64,000 nucleotides of DNA, taken from positions 116,170 through 180,169 of IMG/VR virus record IMGVR_UViG_3300045988_131275. The stretch is one strand, 5' to 3'. Within the stretch, counting starts at the first letter, position 1. Each line of letters begins with the position of its first letter. The notes under the pieces are model-generated. The model worked only from the letters and a program-made list of their open reading frames with translations, ran no database searches and was not told the origin of the DNA. The stretch comes from a virus. The position numbers were made by a program, and so were the translations under genes. Of this stretch, positions 42,184-51,488 are shown in pieces.

Positions 42184-42401
42184 TCTATCTTTATAATAGA
42201 CATAGATCTCCTTTTAGGGTGCGTGGGTGTCATAGCTTACGTACTATTTTTCTATCCATTGGATTGTTTTGTTCAATGGAGAATTGGATTATTCTCAAAA
42301 TGTGATTAGAGATTTTAAAAAAATATAGTGAAAAACAAAAAGAAGCAGTTTAATTATTGTAAATCTGCTTCTTTTATTATGTAAGAAATTTATGAAAGGA
42401 A

Positions 42402-43442
42402 GTGAGATTATTGGATGGTAAAATTGCAGATAGATCTGTTGAAATAACAGATGAAGAATGGCAAACAGTAAATGAATTTAATAGAGAAATGGTTGAGGAT
42501 TACCTTGATAATCAAGCTGACCTTTCTGTGAAAACTTTGCCAGCATATAAATCTGGATTAAGGATTTTCTTTACTTGGGTTAGGGACAATCTCAAGGACA
42601 AGAATTTTACAGATATTAAAAAGAAAGAATTTCAAAAATATCTTAATTGGTTAACCAAAAGAGGTTTTTCTGATTCTGGTATTAAATTTAAAAAATCTGC
42701 TGTAAGTACATTTTGCAATTATGTAATGATGATGTATGAGGAAGAATATCCTACATTTCGTAATTTCACAATTGGGCTTAAAGTAGTACAGACAGGATAT
42801 GTTCATGAAAAAGTTCCACTTACGCCAGATGAATATATTAATTTATGTCAAGAACTTGAAAAACGTGAAGAATGGCAAATGTTAGCATATCTTACATTTT
42901 CTTACAGTACAGGATGTAGACGTGCAGAAGCTAGACAATTACTCAAGGAAGTCATTGATTATTCTGCAAATGAAAAGAAAATCAAAGTTCTGGATGAAGA
43001 TGGACATGAATATGAAACTATTTCAAAGCAGTATTTGACTCACACTATTCGTTGCAAAGGTGCATCTCTTGTGGGTAAACCACGTAAACTTAAATTTGGT
43101 GATGATGCAATGCAATGGTTAAAGAAATGGATTGAAGTGCGTGGTGAAGATGACTGTCCTTATATGTTTGTAATTAAATCTAAAGATGGAAAAGAAGTTA
43201 GACAAGTGAGTGAAAGCACTTTTAATAATTGGTGTCAAGGATTATTTACACAAATTGTTGGACGTAGGGTGCATCCTCACCTATTCAGGGAGTCAAGAGC
43301 TACAAACCTTGTTGTGTTTCAGCATAAAGCACCAGAGGTAGCTCAGAAATTACTAGGACATAATCAAGTCACTACAACTTTAGATCATTATATTATTCGT
43401 AATGATGAAAATGATGAGTCTGATGAAGCATTTACTGATTGA
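42402..43442 (+). CDS. tyrosine site-specific recombinase (XerC/D-like, second copy in window)
   Basis: N-terminal SAM-like domain. TGCRRAEARQL (Arg), HPHLFRESRATNL (HxxR), LLGHNQVTTTLDHYI (Tyr). GTG start. Confidence 0.85.
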   Translation: MRLLDGKIADRSVEITDEEWQTVNEFNREMVEDYLDNQADLSVKTLPAYKSGLRIFFTWVRDNLKDKNFTDIKKKEFQKYLNWLTKRGFSDSGIKFKKSAVSTFCNYVMMMYEEEYPTFRNFTIGLKVVQTGYVHEKVPLTPDEYINLCQELEKREEWQMLAYLTFSYSTGCRRAEARQLLKEVIDYSANEKKIKVLDEDGHEYETISKQYLTHTIRCKGASLVGKPRKLKFGDDAMQWLKKWIEVRGEDDCPYMFVIKSKDGKEVRQVSESTFNNWCQGLFTQIVGRRVHPHLFRESRATNLVVFQHKAPEVAQKLLGHNQVTTTLDHYIIRNDENDESDEAFTD

Positions 43443-43627
43443 TGTAAAATACCCCCCCCCACATCAAAGCCCGTAGTGTAGACCAAACACACCTATATGG
43501 AAACAAGCGTAAGACATCGGACTGTCAAATCGCTTCGGGCAAATACATTTTTCTATATATTTTTCATATATATTCTTCAAAGAGACATAATTTTTCATAT
43601 GATCTCTTCTCCTGAAAAGGGCAGCTT

Positions 43628-43641
43628 ACTACTGCCCTATC
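43628..43641 (+). repeat. ACTACTGCCCTATC variant of the dispersed motif inside a hairpin
   Basis: AGGGCAG (43618-43624) / CTGCCCT (43632-43638). The stem sequence differs from other copies but the pairing is kept. Confidence 0.4.
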
Positions 43642-43718
43642 TAAAAGTAAACTTGTCCTTTACAATATTTTCCAATTGTGATAATGTAAAAATATCAAAA
43701 AATTGGAGGTGTTATATA

Positions 43719-44695
43719 TGGAGTTCAACAGAAAGACACAAACTGTCAAGTCATTTGCAAGAGATATGAAAAATAAAAAATACAATATGTTTCATAAACT
43801 GCAACGTAAAGAAGGTCAATGGAAGAATTATGAGCAGAGTTTATTAATTGACTCAATGCTTCGCAACTATCCTGTTGATCCTATTCGTTCAGAAGAAAAA
43901 GAAGATAAAATCAGATATGTATTTGATGGGGTTCAGCGTAGCACAACGATCAGAGATTTCTTAGCTGATGGTTTCAAATTAAATCAAAAGCTGAAACCAG
44001 TGGCAATTGAAGGCACTGTATATAACATTGCAGGTAAGAAATTCTCACAGTTGGATGAAGCTGTCCAGGATAAAATCAATGATTATGAAATGATACAGTA
44101 TATTTTTTCTGATTGTACAGATGAAGATATTCGTGAGATGTTCCGTAGACAGAATGGTGGTAAACCATTATCAAACACTCAAAAAAGAAAGTCATTAGAG
44201 AGTGATGAAGTTAGTGCAATTATCTTTGATGTTGCGAATCATCCATTCTTTGCAAAAGTGTTATCACCAACACAGTTAAAAAAAGATGTTGCGAATGATA
44301 TTGTGCGCCAGACGCTTATGCTGATTAACACTACAGATGATAATGATTTCACATCATTTAGAGCAAAAGATATTGATACATTTGTGGAATGGTATAATGA
44401 GCATGTTGATGAGAAAGATATTATTATATTGAAATCTGCTCTGTCATTCTTAGATGAAAAATTTGCAGAGAAACTTAACCTCAAGTCAACTTCTCTTCCG
44501 ATGATGTTATATGCTGCATATACATGTGTGAAGAATGAAAAGGACTTTGACGAATTTGTAAATATTGTACAGGCATTTGTAAACAGCTATGGTGATAATA
44601 TGGATTATATTCAGTATTGCACCAGTGGTACATCTTCTGCTCAGTCTGTCCAAGGAAGATTTAACTATTGGAAGAATCTTTGCAAGGGATTATAA
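43719..44695 (+). CDS. DUF262 / ParB-like nuclease-domain protein
   Basis: ORF track 43703..44695. ATG at 43719 follows GGAGGTG. YVFDGVQRSTTIRDF (DGQQR-type motif) and FRRQNGGKPLS. Confidence 0.65.
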
Positions 44696-44777
44696 TATAT
44701 AGAAACTTAATATTAAAATTTATGAGAAGTCGCCTTATTGGTGGCTTCTTTTTTGTATATAAAATGGAGATACGAAA

Positions 44778-45008
44778 ATGTATAATATATTAATCAAACA
44801 TAATGATAGTAAAACACTGTGGCAATTATATGGTACTACCACTTCTGCTGCATCAAATACGGAAACATTTACACCATTCGAGACAGATGATTTAGAAAAA
44901 TTAAAAGCAGAAGTTATTCGATTGGATGCAACGTATGGTCATGAAAACATTAAAGTTGTAAAAACTATTGAATATACAGTGGATGTAACTATCTCAGAAG
45001 ATAAATAA
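44778..45008 (+). CDS. hypothetical protein
   Basis: ORF track, rightward array. Confidence 0.6.
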   Translation: MYNILIKHNDSKTLWQLYGTTTSAASNTETFTPFETDDLEKLKAEVIRLDATYGHENIKVVKTIEYTVDVTISEDK

Positions 45009-45020
45009 GGAGGTGTCGCA

Positions 45021-45269
45021 GTGGCAGCTAATATATTAAAAGTTGGTAATGATCCAAACTCAGCAATCAAAACATTTTGCGTAGATGCTATTGAAGAAAT
45101 TGCAAAACTTCCTACGATGGAACATGGTGCAACAGGTGATTTTGCAAATATTCCTGGTCTTGAATCTCCTGCTCCAATGGGAAGTCAAGCTATTGTAGGA
45201 AATGAATCAGGCGCAGTGAAAATCTATATGTTATTCTCATTTGGTTGGAAAGATACAGGCACAGAATAA
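45021..45269 (+). CDS. hypothetical protein
   Basis: ORF track. GTG start after AGGAGGTG. Confidence 0.6.
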   Translation: MAANILKVGNDPNSAIKTFCVDAIEEIAKLPTMEHGATGDFANIPGLESPAPMGSQAIVGNESGAVKIYMLFSFGWKDTGTE

Positions 45270-45520
45270 TGGACGTATTATCTTATATTATTGCAAGTAG
45301 ACTTCTCTCCTGTCCTGGTGGAAATGGGGCAAATATTAAACTAGATGAAAATGGAAACATTATTACAGATGAAGATGTAACATTATATGTAGATTTTCCT
45401 ACCGCAAGTTTGATGACTGATGGAGATATATTCTCAGTTGAAAATAGTTATTTAATCGCAAAAATTATTGGTGATGTTGCTGAGTTAAATAAGAAAGCAT
45501 GGATTTATTCAATGTTGTAA
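45269..45520 (+). CDS. hypothetical protein
   Basis: ORF track 45245..45520. ATG at 45269 (MDVLSYII) overlaps the upstream stop (TAATG). Confidence 0.55.
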   Translation: MDVLSYIIASRLLSCPGGNGANIKLDENGNIITDEDVTLYVDFPTASLMTDGDIFSVENSYLIAKIIGDVAELNKKAWIYSML

Positions 45521-45583
45521 AAGAGTCATTCACGATGATGTGGGTGGCTCTTTTATTATGCAAAAATATTAATGTGTTATTTT

Positions 45584-45660
45584 GTGTAGGGTAATTGCCC
45601 ATAAATAATGATTGTTCATTATTCCGTTCAAGGATAACTGTTGCAGCGGTTATCCTACAC
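45584..45660 (+). ncRNA. candidate structured RNA (three-helix junction), function unknown
   Basis: Closing helix GTGTA(GG)/(CC)TACAC encloses AATAATGA/TCATTATT (45604-45623) and GGATAAC/GTTATCC (45632-45655). Lies between a weak terminator and motif copy 45672. Confidence 0.3.
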
Positions 45661-45671
45661 AAGATAACAAT

Positions 45672-45685
45672 ACTACTCTCCTATT
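45672..45685 (+). repeat. ACTACTCTCCTATT copy of the dispersed intergenic motif
   Basis: TCTCC pairs with GGAGA 9 nt downstream. Confidence 0.4.
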
Positions 45686-45808
45686 TTAATGGAGAAATAT
45701 ATATTGACTCTAAGCGGTTGGCGTTTGTTGTCCTGTCGGTGGGGCGTAGTTGAATCTTAATAGAGTGAGAAATCTTTGACTGATCATCTTAGGCATAGTA
45801 GATACTCG

Positions 45809-45830
45809 CACTACTGTCTCGCTCTATTTA
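45809..45830 (+). repeat. ACTACTgtctcgCTCTATTT variant of the dispersed motif (3' arm of a long hairpin)
   Basis: TAGAGTGAGA (45761-45770) pairs with TCTCGCTCTA (45817-45826). Lies just upstream of the GIY-YIG gene. Confidence 0.35.
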
Positions 45831-45866
45831 CTAAAGATGTTTGCGAGTGGAAAGCAAGAAATTAGA

Positions 45867-46823
45867 ATGGTAGGAATTTATAAAATAACAAATTTACAGA
45901 ATAATAAAGTTTATATTGGACAATCAATAAATATTCAAGAACGTTGGAAACAACATAAAAGTGAACTAAATTGTCACAGACATCAAAATGATCATTTACA
46001 AAGAGCTTGGGATATATATGGTAAAGATAATTTTAAGTTTGAAATTATTTGTGAATGTTCAAAAGATGAACTAGATGATAAAGAAATATTTTACATTTCA
46101 GAATACAATTCTATTAATAGAGACTACGGTTATAATATTCAAAATGGTGGAGCATCTAGTCCATCAGCACAAGAAACTATTGAGAAATTACGTGGATGTG
46201 GTTCAGACTTGTCAAAAGATGATGTTTATAGGATTAAAATTTGTATGTATCTTTTAATGGATAGAAAAGAAATTTCAAATAAATATAATGTATCTCCAAA
46301 GGTATTAATAGCGATTTCACAAGGTAAAAATTTTGATTACATTCTTCCAGAATTAAATGAATCTATACATAACTTAAAACAAAATTTAATTGATGAGCGA
46401 AATCAAAAAATTGTTTTACTATACGATAACGGTAATTCAATTACTGAAATATGTAAAATTATGGATTTATCAGAAAGTATTGTTGAAAAAGCAATATATA
46501 AATATAGACAACCAAAATCTAAGGAATCTCAGATGAAAAAATATAATAAAATTTTTGAATTACATAATCAAGGAATAAACAATTATCAGATTTCTAAATT
46601 AGTATATGTATCACCAAGTACCGTAAAACGTTATCTTTCTGGTGAACAACATCCAATGAATAAACCTGGTAATTTAAAGGTTACAGATGATGTAAAAGAT
46701 AAAATTCTACAATTATATTTTAAAGACAGCTTAGGTTCAGTAGAAATCAGCAAACAATTAGATATGAGTAAGACAACTGTAATGAGTGTCATTAATCAAT
46801 ATAAAAATAAAATAAGCGCATAA
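45867..46823 (+). CDS. GIY-YIG homing endonuclease with C-terminal HTH repeats
   Basis: ORF track 45837..46823. MVGIYKITNLQNNKVYIGQSINIQERWKQHKSEL is a canonical GIY-YIG opening. Repeated HTH-like segments lie in the C-terminal half. Confidence 0.85.
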   Translation: MVGIYKITNLQNNKVYIGQSINIQERWKQHKSELNCHRHQNDHLQRAWDIYGKDNFKFEIICECSKDELDDKEIFYISEYNSINRDYGYNIQNGGASSPSAQETIEKLRGCGSDLSKDDVYRIKICMYLLMDRKEISNKYNVSPKVLIAISQGKNFDYILPELNESIHNLKQNLIDERNQKIVLLYDNGNSITEICKIMDLSESIVEKAIYKYRQPKSKESQMKKYNKIFELHNQGINNYQISKLVYVSPSTVKRYLSGEQHPMNKPGNLKVTDDVKDKILQLYFKDSLGSVEISKQLDMSKTTVMSVINQYKNKISA

Positions 46824-46835
46824 GGAGGTGGCGTT

Positions 46836-48053
46836 ATGCCTATTAAGAAAACTGGCGCAACGCCAACAAATCAACAAAAAGGAAAAAAGGTCTGCACTTG
46901 CTGCCACAATGAGAAACGATTAGTCGATGGATTTTACATAAGCAAATCACCATTATTTTCAATTGACGGACGATTACCTGTTTGCAAGGACTGTATTGCT
47001 GATATGTGTGTTGATTCAGATACAGGAGAAATTAATGAAGTTGAATTAAATAAATGTCTTAGAAAATTCGATAAGCCTTATTATAAAAATGATTTGATGA
47101 GTGCATATGAGCAATTTGAAAGAGAACATGCTTTTATTGATAAGGAAAATATCAAAAAGTATGGTAGAGATATTATAAAGTTATATTTTAAGAATATTAG
47201 TATGCGACAATGTATTAATAAAAGTTACGAAGATTCAGAGAAAGACGGATTTATTCATCAAAATACAAATACAGTTAAAAGCAAAATTAAAAAAATTGAT
47301 ACCATTTTCGCAGATGTGAATAATCCATCCCCTGTAATCAAAGCTAATGAAAATAATGAATGTGAAAACCCAACATCCGCATTTCAAAAAAAAGAAGAAC
47401 CTATTATATTAGCAAATGATGATAATTTTAATGTCACACCTGAAATTATTGATCTATTTGGCGAAGGTTATACGACTTCAATGTATAAAAAAATGCAAGA
47501 AAAATACGATAAGTTAAAAATCAATTATACATTGCAAACCAACATTCACCAAGAAGCTCTTGCTACATATGTAAGATTTAAAGTTCAAGAAGAACTTGCT
47601 ACTGCAAGAGGTGACGTAACTGAGGCGAAGAAATGGTACGATGCAGCCCAATCTTCTGCTCAAGATGCAAAGCTTACTCCAAAACAGCTTACGAAAGCAG
47701 ATTTAGATAGTGGAGTTACAAGTATGTCAGAATTAACAAAAGCTCTTGAACAGGCAGTTGATGTTATTAAAATTCTTCCTCGGTTTAAATATAGACCAAA
47801 TGATGCTGTTGATTTTAATATATGGTGCTATGTTAATTATGAACGTAGACTTAATGGACAACCAGAAGTCGCTTATGAAGATGTATATAAATTTTATGAT
47901 GAGAAGAAGAAACAATATATTGAACAAAATGGCGATCCTTATGGTATTTTCTCAAATGATACAACCGAAAAAAATAGAGATACTGTAAAAACATTTATTA
48001 ACTTGCCAGATGATTATGATGATTTAGGTGGTGAAGATAATGAAAACACATGA
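46836..48053 (+). CDS. hypothetical protein, possible small terminase / DNA-recognition subunit (by position)
   Basis: AAGGAGGTG SD. N-terminal CTCC...CKDC zinc ribbon. Immediately upstream of and overlapping terL. Confidence 0.35.
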   Translation: MPIKKTGATPTNQQKGKKVCTCCHNEKRLVDGFYISKSPLFSIDGRLPVCKDCIADMCVDSDTGEINEVELNKCLRKFDKPYYKNDLMSAYEQFEREHAFIDKENIKKYGRDIIKLYFKNISMRQCINKSYEDSEKDGFIHQNTNTVKSKIKKIDTIFADVNNPSPVIKANENNECENPTSAFQKKEEPIILANDDNFNVTPEIIDLFGEGYTTSMYKKMQEKYDKLKINYTLQTNIHQEALATYVRFKVQEELATARGDVTEAKKWYDAAQSSAQDAKLTPKQLTKADLDSGVTSMSELTKALEQAVDVIKILPRFKYRPNDAVDFNIWCYVNYERRLNGQPEVAYEDVYKFYDEKKKQYIEQNGDPYGIFSNDTTEKNRDTVKTFINLPDDYDDLGGEDNENT

Positions 48054-49746
48054 TGAAATTAACTTCGCTACGCAATGTGAACAGGATAGAATTATTCAAT
48101 TAGAAGATGAAAGTATATTTGGCAAGCATTTGTGGAATTATTATGAGTTTATTAGTTGGGCGAAATGGTATCCAGATTTATATGTAGAGCTTTTTAAAGG
48201 GAAAGATAGTAATAGGCAATTGCATTTTGACCAAAGAACATTTATGAGAGCTGATATGCGTTTTATGAGTATGTATGGTACATTCAGTCGTGGATATGCG
48301 AAAACATATACAGAAATGCTTGATGATATGATCGCAGGAACTTTGTTTCCCAATATTACGATGTCTGTAACGGCTCAAACACGTGAAAACAGTGCCGCTT
48401 TAATGGAAGACAAATACAATGAAATTTTAACTGATTTCCCTCTTTTCGAAAATGAAATTGAGAAAGTACGATTTTCAAAAAATGACGCACTTATACAATT
48501 TAAAGGTGGAGCAAAAATTACAAATCTTGCAAATGCACAAACGTCAAAAGGTAGAAGAAGAAATCGCATTAAGATAGAAGAATCTGCACTTTTAAATAAT
48601 GCTCTTTTTGAAGATGCTCTAGCTCCTATTGTTGAAGTTGGTAGAACGACTTGTGGAAGTCTTGCGATTATTGATCCAGAAGAATTGAACCAACAAATTC
48701 ATTTCTTTACTACAAGTGGTTATAGAGGTACAGATGAGTATAATCGAAGTGTAAATATGGTAAAAGGAATGGTTTCGTGTAATGGCGAAATCGTACTAGG
48801 TTCTGACTGGATGCTTCCTTGCTATTATGGTCGTGGTTCTACAAAAGCACAGATTTTAAAGAAAAAGAAAACTTCTAATCCTATTTTCTTTGCTCAAAAC
48901 TATGAACAAAAATGGGTAGGATGTGCGGATAATGCTCTTGTTGATGTGAATAAACTAATGGCTTCTCGTATTCTTACAGAACCAATATTAGAAATGCAAC
49001 GAGAAACTGATGAGTTTTATATCGCAGTAGATGTTGCTCGTAGTGAAAATACAAGTAATAACCAGTCTGCTATTGTTGTATTAAAAGTATTAAGAAGTCC
49101 TGTAAATAAACGTGTCGTAGATATTCAAGCGGTGAATGTATTAGGTGTATCAAATAAAATGAATTTCAAAAATCAAGCTTGTCTAATAAAGAAATTGAAA
49201 CGTCAATATAAAGCAAAAATGGTAATTGTTGATGGAAATGGATTGGGATCTGGTCTTGTGGATCAGCTTTTATTAACATCTTATGATCCTGTTACAGGAG
49301 AAAATTTAGGGTGCTTTGATACAATTAATACAGATAATAAACCAGAAGTTGACAATGCGGAAAAATGTTTATTTGATATGAAAGCACAAGGTCAACAGAC
49401 AAAGGTTGTTTCATATTTCATTAATGCAGTAGATAGCAATATTTTACATATGCTTATTAGAAAGCAAGAACAAGATTTTACAGATAAAGAAAGAGAATTT
49501 TTTGATAAGAATGTTGCTCCGTTTATGAATACGGAGCTTTTATTTATGGAAATTACAAACTTACGATTAAAAGTTTTATCTGGAAATAATCTTACAGTAG
49601 AAAAAGTAGTTAAAAAAATTGATAAGGATAAATTTTCGGCTTTATCTTATGGAATATTTTATATTATGGAATTTTGTAATAAGGATAAAGAACCTGAAAC
49701 AGACTACTCTTCTGCCCCCATCTGTGCATCATCAATATCATTCTAA
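48040..49746 (+). CDS. terL: terminase large subunit
   Basis: ORF track 48028..49746. ATPase-like YGTFSRGYAKTY. Nuclease-fold acidic motifs YIAVDVARSE and MVIVDGNGLGSGLVDQL. Followed by the portal gene. Confidence 0.75.
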   Translation: MKTHDEINFATQCEQDRIIQLEDESIFGKHLWNYYEFISWAKWYPDLYVELFKGKDSNRQLHFDQRTFMRADMRFMSMYGTFSRGYAKTYTEMLDDMIAGTLFPNITMSVTAQTRENSAALMEDKYNEILTDFPLFENEIEKVRFSKNDALIQFKGGAKITNLANAQTSKGRRRNRIKIEESALLNNALFEDALAPIVEVGRTTCGSLAIIDPEELNQQIHFFTTSGYRGTDEYNRSVNMVKGMVSCNGEIVLGSDWMLPCYYGRGSTKAQILKKKKTSNPIFFAQNYEQKWVGCADNALVDVNKLMASRILTEPILEMQRETDEFYIAVDVARSENTSNNQSAIVVLKVLRSPVNKRVVDIQAVNVLGVSNKMNFKNQACLIKKLKRQYKAKMVIVDGNGLGSGLVDQLLLTSYDPVTGENLGCFDTINTDNKPEVDNAEKCLFDMKAQGQQTKVVSYFINAVDSNILHMLIRKQEQDFTDKEREFFDKNVAPFMNTELLFMEITNLRLKVLSGNNLTVEKVVKKIDKDKFSALSYGIFYIMEFCNKDKEPETDYSSAPICASSISF

Positions 49747-49761
49747 AGAAAGGAGGTTTCC

Positions 49762-51474
49762 ATGTCAAAATCAGAAGAACCAGAATATATTGACAATCCT
49801 GACAAGGATTATAAATTAACAATTGCTTCAAGCATAGAAGATAATGATGGAGATGAAACCGTCCTTGTTACAGCAGAAGCGATTAAAAAGCAATCTGAAA
49901 ATTGGATGTATGAAGCAATGCAAAGTTTTGATAAAGGCGGTCAACAATATTCCGTCAGATTCAATGAAGCATCCTCATCTTCCACATCTGAAACTACACT
50001 AGATGATATTAAAGAATTGGCGTTAAACGCTCAAAGTGATATATCTAAAATTCAGAAAATCAATCAATTAGTGCGACAAGCCGAAAATGAGGATGACATT
50101 ATTGGCAAGGTACATGAATCTATAGAATCTAATCTTAATGCAAATGTCAGATATTCATTTGACAATCTCCCGAAAGAATATGATCAGGATATAAAGAATA
50201 AAGCCGATGGCATTATCAAACGATTTCATAAAGAAGTAAATATAAATGATGTTATGACCACTTCTATCACTTCTACTTATGATGAAGGTAATTGTATTCA
50301 GTATCTTCGTTCAAAGAAAGCCAAAGGAATCTATCATCACGTAATTGACAAATATCCATTAGGTGTAGCTGTTATTTCCGATTATTCTTTAAATGGAATC
50401 CCATATGTATTAATTGATACAACAGAATTATCAAACAGACTTCAAAAGTCTACATTAAAAAATAAAAAGAATAAACCGTTATTCTTTAAGAATACAGCCG
50501 AAGAAATAAAAAATAACTATCCAAAAGAAGTTATTGATGCCTATGTCGCAAGAGAAAAATATGCACGACTTGACATTAGGCGCACAGGTGTTAATCGTTT
50601 TGGTAATCTTGGCAGAGCTTATGGACTCTCTCCTATTTTTAAGGCATTGAAGCCAAAACTTATGCTTGATACTTGTGACAAAGCGGATGCAGTTAATGCA
50701 AAAGCTAAAGCAAAAAAGATTATCACTCAGATTATGCGTAAAGAAACTATGGGTGACACTTACGATAAAAAAGGTCTTGAGGATATGGCTTATGCTCATA
50801 CCTGTTTAATGGCAGCATGGGCTAATCCTACAGTAGTTTATACTCCACCGCCATGTGTGGAAAAAGTCATGTATGTAGAACCGTCTGTAGAATTTACAAA
50901 TGAAAGCACTGTAAAGCAATATCGTTCTCGTGTTACTTCTGCATTAGGAATTTCATTTCTAAATACAGATGGTCAACAAACAGTAAGTACTGCAAACATT
51001 TCTATTAAACAGCTTATGCGTACTATCAATAAGATTGCTGAACGTCAAGAAGTAATTTTACAACGATGGTATGAAATTGTTTTGACAGAAGAAAAGATAC
51101 CTATTGAGTATTGCCCTACTCCACATATTCTCGATGCAGAATTATTAGAGTTTGAAATGAAAAAGGATCTTGCAGAGTTCTTGTATTCTAAATTGAATTG
51201 TTCATTCCGCACAGCATATGAAACATTGGATATGAATTTCAATGATGAAATGGAACGCAGAAAAGCAGAACAAGATAATGGAGTTGATGAAATCTTTATT
51301 CCACATCCAACATCTTATAACTCTTCTGGAAATCAAGATGAACAAGAAGATGTACAACAGGAAGAAAAAGATTCTAAAGGTGGAAGACCTAAAGGAAGTA
51401 CATCAAAGGGAAATTCTGTAAACGAATCGAAACAAGAATATGATAGTAACTATCAAGAGTCTAAAACAACTTAA
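49762..51474 (+). CDS. portal protein (by size and position)
   Basis: 570 aa directly after terL, with an acidic C-terminus. No motif independently recognised. Confidence 0.6.
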   Translation: MSKSEEPEYIDNPDKDYKLTIASSIEDNDGDETVLVTAEAIKKQSENWMYEAMQSFDKGGQQYSVRFNEASSSSTSETTLDDIKELALNAQSDISKIQKINQLVRQAENEDDIIGKVHESIESNLNANVRYSFDNLPKEYDQDIKNKADGIIKRFHKEVNINDVMTTSITSTYDEGNCIQYLRSKKAKGIYHHVIDKYPLGVAVISDYSLNGIPYVLIDTTELSNRLQKSTLKNKKNKPLFFKNTAEEIKNNYPKEVIDAYVAREKYARLDIRRTGVNRFGNLGRAYGLSPIFKALKPKLMLDTCDKADAVNAKAKAKKIITQIMRKETMGDTYDKKGLEDMAYAHTCLMAAWANPTVVYTPPPCVEKVMYVEPSVEFTNESTVKQYRSRVTSALGISFLNTDGQQTVSTANISIKQLMRTINKIAERQEVILQRWYEIVLTEEKIPIEYCPTPHILDAELLEFEMKKDLAEFLYSKLNCSFRTAYETLDMNFNDEMERRKAEQDNGVDEIFIPHPTSYNSSGNQDEQEDVQQEEKDSKGGRPKGSTSKGNSVNESKQEYDSNYQESKTT

Positions 51475-51488
51475 ACGAGGTGATTGAA

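Noticed and set aside
45521-46835. Group I intron carrying the GIY-YIG gene
   Set aside because: The flanking ORFs (45269..45520 and 46836..48053) each have their own stop, or SD plus start, and do not look like two halves of one protein. I could not identify P3-P7 core pairings by eye. The gene is treated as a free-standing HEG with a structured leader.
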